Of a stretch of DNA of 64,000 bases, positions 62,730 through 64,000 are shown in pieces. The notes under the pieces were generated by a model. That model was given only the letters and a program-made list of their open reading frames with translations, searched no databases and was not told the origin of the DNA. The stretch's first letter is position 1. Each line of letters starts with the position of its first letter. This DNA comes from Macrostomum lignano (Eukaryota). Where the stretch lies: contig NIVC01001530.1 in assembly GCA_002269645.1 (NCBI GenBank), forward strand, positions 209,420 to 273,419, written 5' to 3'. Both the position numbers and the translations under genes were made by a program.

Positions 62730-64000
62730 AACCCCCAATAACCTTCTTTGGCTACTCTGCCTGGGGCTGAAGCCAGTTTGTAAAAATAGCCACCCCAACC
62801 TCCGCCCGCGGGCCGGTGTGTATTGAGGGGTGGTGGGTGCGCGTGTTCTGGGTTCAATGCAAATAAAACCCCCCGCGTGTTGGGGGGTTCAGTTAAATTT
62901 AATGCTTCCCCCAGAACGGGGGGTTGGGCTTGGGCTGTTTGTACATAGCAGTTGTACAGTGTAAACAGATAGATAGGACTGTGTCGAGATTCATTTGGTT
63001 TTATTATTGGCGCCTTTTTTCTCCATAGGCAGCCCTGTGTATTAGTTTGGCAGTGAAATTCAATGAATTGCGAGCTTCTCTAGCAAGCAGTCGGGAAATC
63101 GGTAAATTTCAAACGCTAACTGTTCCTCGAGTTTTAAACTTTGAGAGGAGAGACTTATATTGCTGGAAAGATCTTGCAACGCTGAGTTCGGGAATATAAG
63201 TTGTATGCTTTAAATATGAAAAGAAAAAGCACAGCATTTAAAAAAACTATTTCCATACTTTTAACTTTCTGCAAAAACTGTAATCAGTTTTGCGAGACGT
63301 AATAGATAAAGTTGGGCGTATTGGAAGGGGTCTGCCGCTGCGTATTGGAGGGTTGATTTAGATTGCGCAACCGTTTATTTAACTTTAAATAAGACTGATA
63401 CTGTCTGACTGAGAAATGGTTTGCGCAATTAATTGATTCAATTAATTCAACACGCAGCTCTGTGCAGCTCTAACCCTAACCCTAACCAATGAATTCTGAA
63501 AGTTAAGTTCTTTTTGACAGAGAAAATTTCGATTGAGTCGCAGTTTTCACGGAGTATTCTGATGGTTTTCGGTTTCACGGAGAGGATTTCTTTTCGTGGA
63601 GAGAATCTAGATGTATTTCTGTTTTACGGAGACGATTTTGATGGATGTCAGTTTCACATCAGAGGATTTCCATGGAGCCCAGTTTCACGGAGGGGATTTC
63701 TGTTTCGCGGATTGGATTTCAAAAGGAGTCCAGTTTCACGGAGAGGGTTTCTGTTTCGCGGAGAGGATTTCTGTTTCGCGGAGAGGATTTCGTTTCGCAG
63801 AAGGATTTCTGTTTCACGGAGGGATTTTGATGGATTTGGTATCTTCAGTCAGTCAGTAAAGAGAGTAAAGAGAAGAGTGAAAAGAGAAGAGAGAAGAGAT
63901 GAGAGAGGACAGATTAGACATGACATGATGGGAGAGAAGAGGGGAGTAACGCGGGAACGAAGAGGGAGAGAGAAGAAAAGAGAGAGAGAGGAGATGAGAG

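Larger units (their letters stand above)
27901..64000 (+). mobile_element. Tandem array of a ~1.9-kb non-autonomous Helitron-like element (family A), interrupted by two nested insertions
   Basis: Units 27901-29821; 29822-30733 + 41953-42916; 42917-44826 (1910 bp); 44827-45018 + 62736-end. Head TCC(T/TA)ATACTAAAA plus microsatellite; tail hairpin CTCCTCC-AGA-GGAGGAG then CTCG; no TSD between units; each unit has (TAACCC)3. Confidence 0.7.

Overview
Eukaryotic (metazoan invertebrate) genomic DNA with three zones. (1) 1-24.4 kb is host genes: three divergent ABCA-family transporter paralogues sharing a two-intron layout, plus an F-box/LRR gene, with small TEs (hAT, RTE fragment, tRNA-derived SINE, fold-back MITE, minisatellite elements). 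(2) 25-45 kb and 62.7-64 kb are nested tandem arrays of non-autonomous Helitron-like elements carrying 23-bp and 18-bp satellites. (3) 45019-62729 is a full-length 17.7-kb Polinton/Maverick (adintovirus-like) element with 286-bp TIRs, AGTAGT ends, a 6-bp TSD (AACCCC) and genes for pPolB, integrase, major and minor capsid, packaging ATPase, protease, fibre and core proteins. The stand-out signal is a 332-nt group I (IC1-like) self-splicing intron at 47038-47369 (- strand). It splits the Gly-Pro-Gly motif of the element's parvovirus-type PLA2 gene, which appears fused to the integrase, and a free-standing HNH nuclease gene overlaps that gene's start. The element also carries a modular 32-bp double-hairpin repeat that inserts in frame. 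Many ORFs are broken by 1-nt indels in homopolymer runs, which may be sequencing errors. All structures were read by eye; no searches or folding programs were run.
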